From the NCBI RefSeq assembly GCF_029227855.1, contig NZ_CP074356.1: a stretch of 64,000 nucleotides of DNA; one strand, given 5' to 3'. The stretch is from Escherichia coli. GTDB lineage: Bacteria > Pseudomonadota > Gammaproteobacteria > Enterobacterales > Enterobacteriaceae. The translations under genes were made by a program, and so were the position numbers. Of the stretch, positions 63,322 to 64,000 are shown piece by piece. The stretch's first letter is position 1. Each line of letters begins with the position of its first letter. The notes below the pieces were generated by a model. The model was not told the DNA's origin. It saw only the letters and a program-made list of their open reading frames with translations, and did not search any database.

Positions 63322-64000
63322 TCAAGCAATACCCATGCTTGCAGCCAGTGCTTCCAGCGCCTGTTCAAAGCACGCCAGCGGTGCCCGCACGGTGCCTGCG
63401 CCAATCTGCCCGATCCCCTCCTCTTTATGGGCGATACCGGTATTGATGAGTGGCGTAATGCCGGTTTCTACCACGCGACGAATGTCCAGCCCCAGGCACG
63501 CGCCCTGGAAATCCCAGCCGGGGATCTGCAACTGCATATTGCGTTCAAGGTAAATTTCCGCCATTTCTTCAGATACCGCTCTGGCCGCTTCCATGCCACC
63601 CGCACCGACAAAGCGTGTTACGCCAGGTGCGGCGATCATTGCCGCACCACCGATACCAAAGGTTTCGGTAATCGCGCTATCGCCCATATCCGGGTTCGCC
63701 TGCTCCTGCGAGAAGCCGGTGAAAAACAGACCTTGCGGAGTGTTTACAGGCGCAGTAAACCAGCGTTCACCCAGCCCGCTTACCCGAATCCCGAACATAT
63801 TGCCGTTGCGGGTCATAGCCGTAACGATGCTGCCTGCGCGGATCATCGCGCCTGCATCCATCGCCGCCTTGCAGTAAGCCATCGCGAGGTTGAGGAAGAA
63901 CTGATCGGTCACGCTGAGAAAATCCATCACTTCCGCGATGTGCTGTTTATCATGATCGAGGCGAGCAATTTGTGGGGCCAGCGCACGCATTAACAGTGCA
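63322..64000 (-). CDS. ylbE: DUF1116-family protein YlbE, C-terminal part (5' end beyond window)
   Basis: Open minus-strand frame running to the window edge; conserved fdrA-ylbE-ylbF-ybcF neighbourhood. Confidence 0.75.
   Translation of the reverse strand, partial: ALLMRALAPQIARLDHDKQHIAEVMDFLSVTDQFFLNLAMAYCKAAMDAGAMIRAGSIVTAMTRNGNMFGIRVSGLGERWFTAPVNTPQGLFFTGFSQEQANPDMGDSAITETFGIGGAAMIAAPGVTRFVGAGGMEAARAVSEEMAEIYLERNMQLQIPGWDFQGACLGLDIRRVVETGITPLINTGIAHKEEGIGQIGAGTVRAPLACFEQALEALAASMGIA

Overview
Escherichia coli chromosomal segment, not K-12, read in the reverse orientation of the MG1655 map. Gene order from the sequence: fepG (partial)-fepC, fepE, entF, ybdZ, fes, fepA, entD, two tandem hok/sok copies, ybdK-ybdJ-ybdF-nfsB-ybdG, an IS200 copy, pheP, cusCFBA/cusRS, a ~14 kb Rhs island, nfrB-nfrA-ybcH, envY, tRNA-Arg (argU), fimZ, the sfmACDHF fimbrial operon, folD-ybcJ-ybcI, cysS, ppiB-lpxH-purE-purK, ybcF-ylbF-ylbE (partial). 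Gene identities rest on reading the supplied translations against remembered E. coli proteins; no database search was run. The main accessory feature is the Rhs island between cusS and nfrB (about 27000-40936): vgrG, a DUF1795/Eag-type chaperone gene, a 1609-aa prePAAR/PAAR-Rhs toxin with a C-terminal domain I cannot assign to a family, and an overlapping AT-rich immunity gene. Downstream lie decayed AT-rich DNA, a duplicated PAAR fragment, a frameshifted small gene, an orphan Rhs-C-terminal toxin/immunity pair, an Rhs core fragment and an ISAs1-family (H-repeat) element. A 12-13 bp motif (cagggaaagatc) sits at three of the rearrangement junctions. Relative to my recollection of K-12, the DLP12 prophage, appY/ompT and IS186 are absent, while a second hok copy, IS200 and the Rhs island are extra. 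No CRISPR array or rRNA was found.
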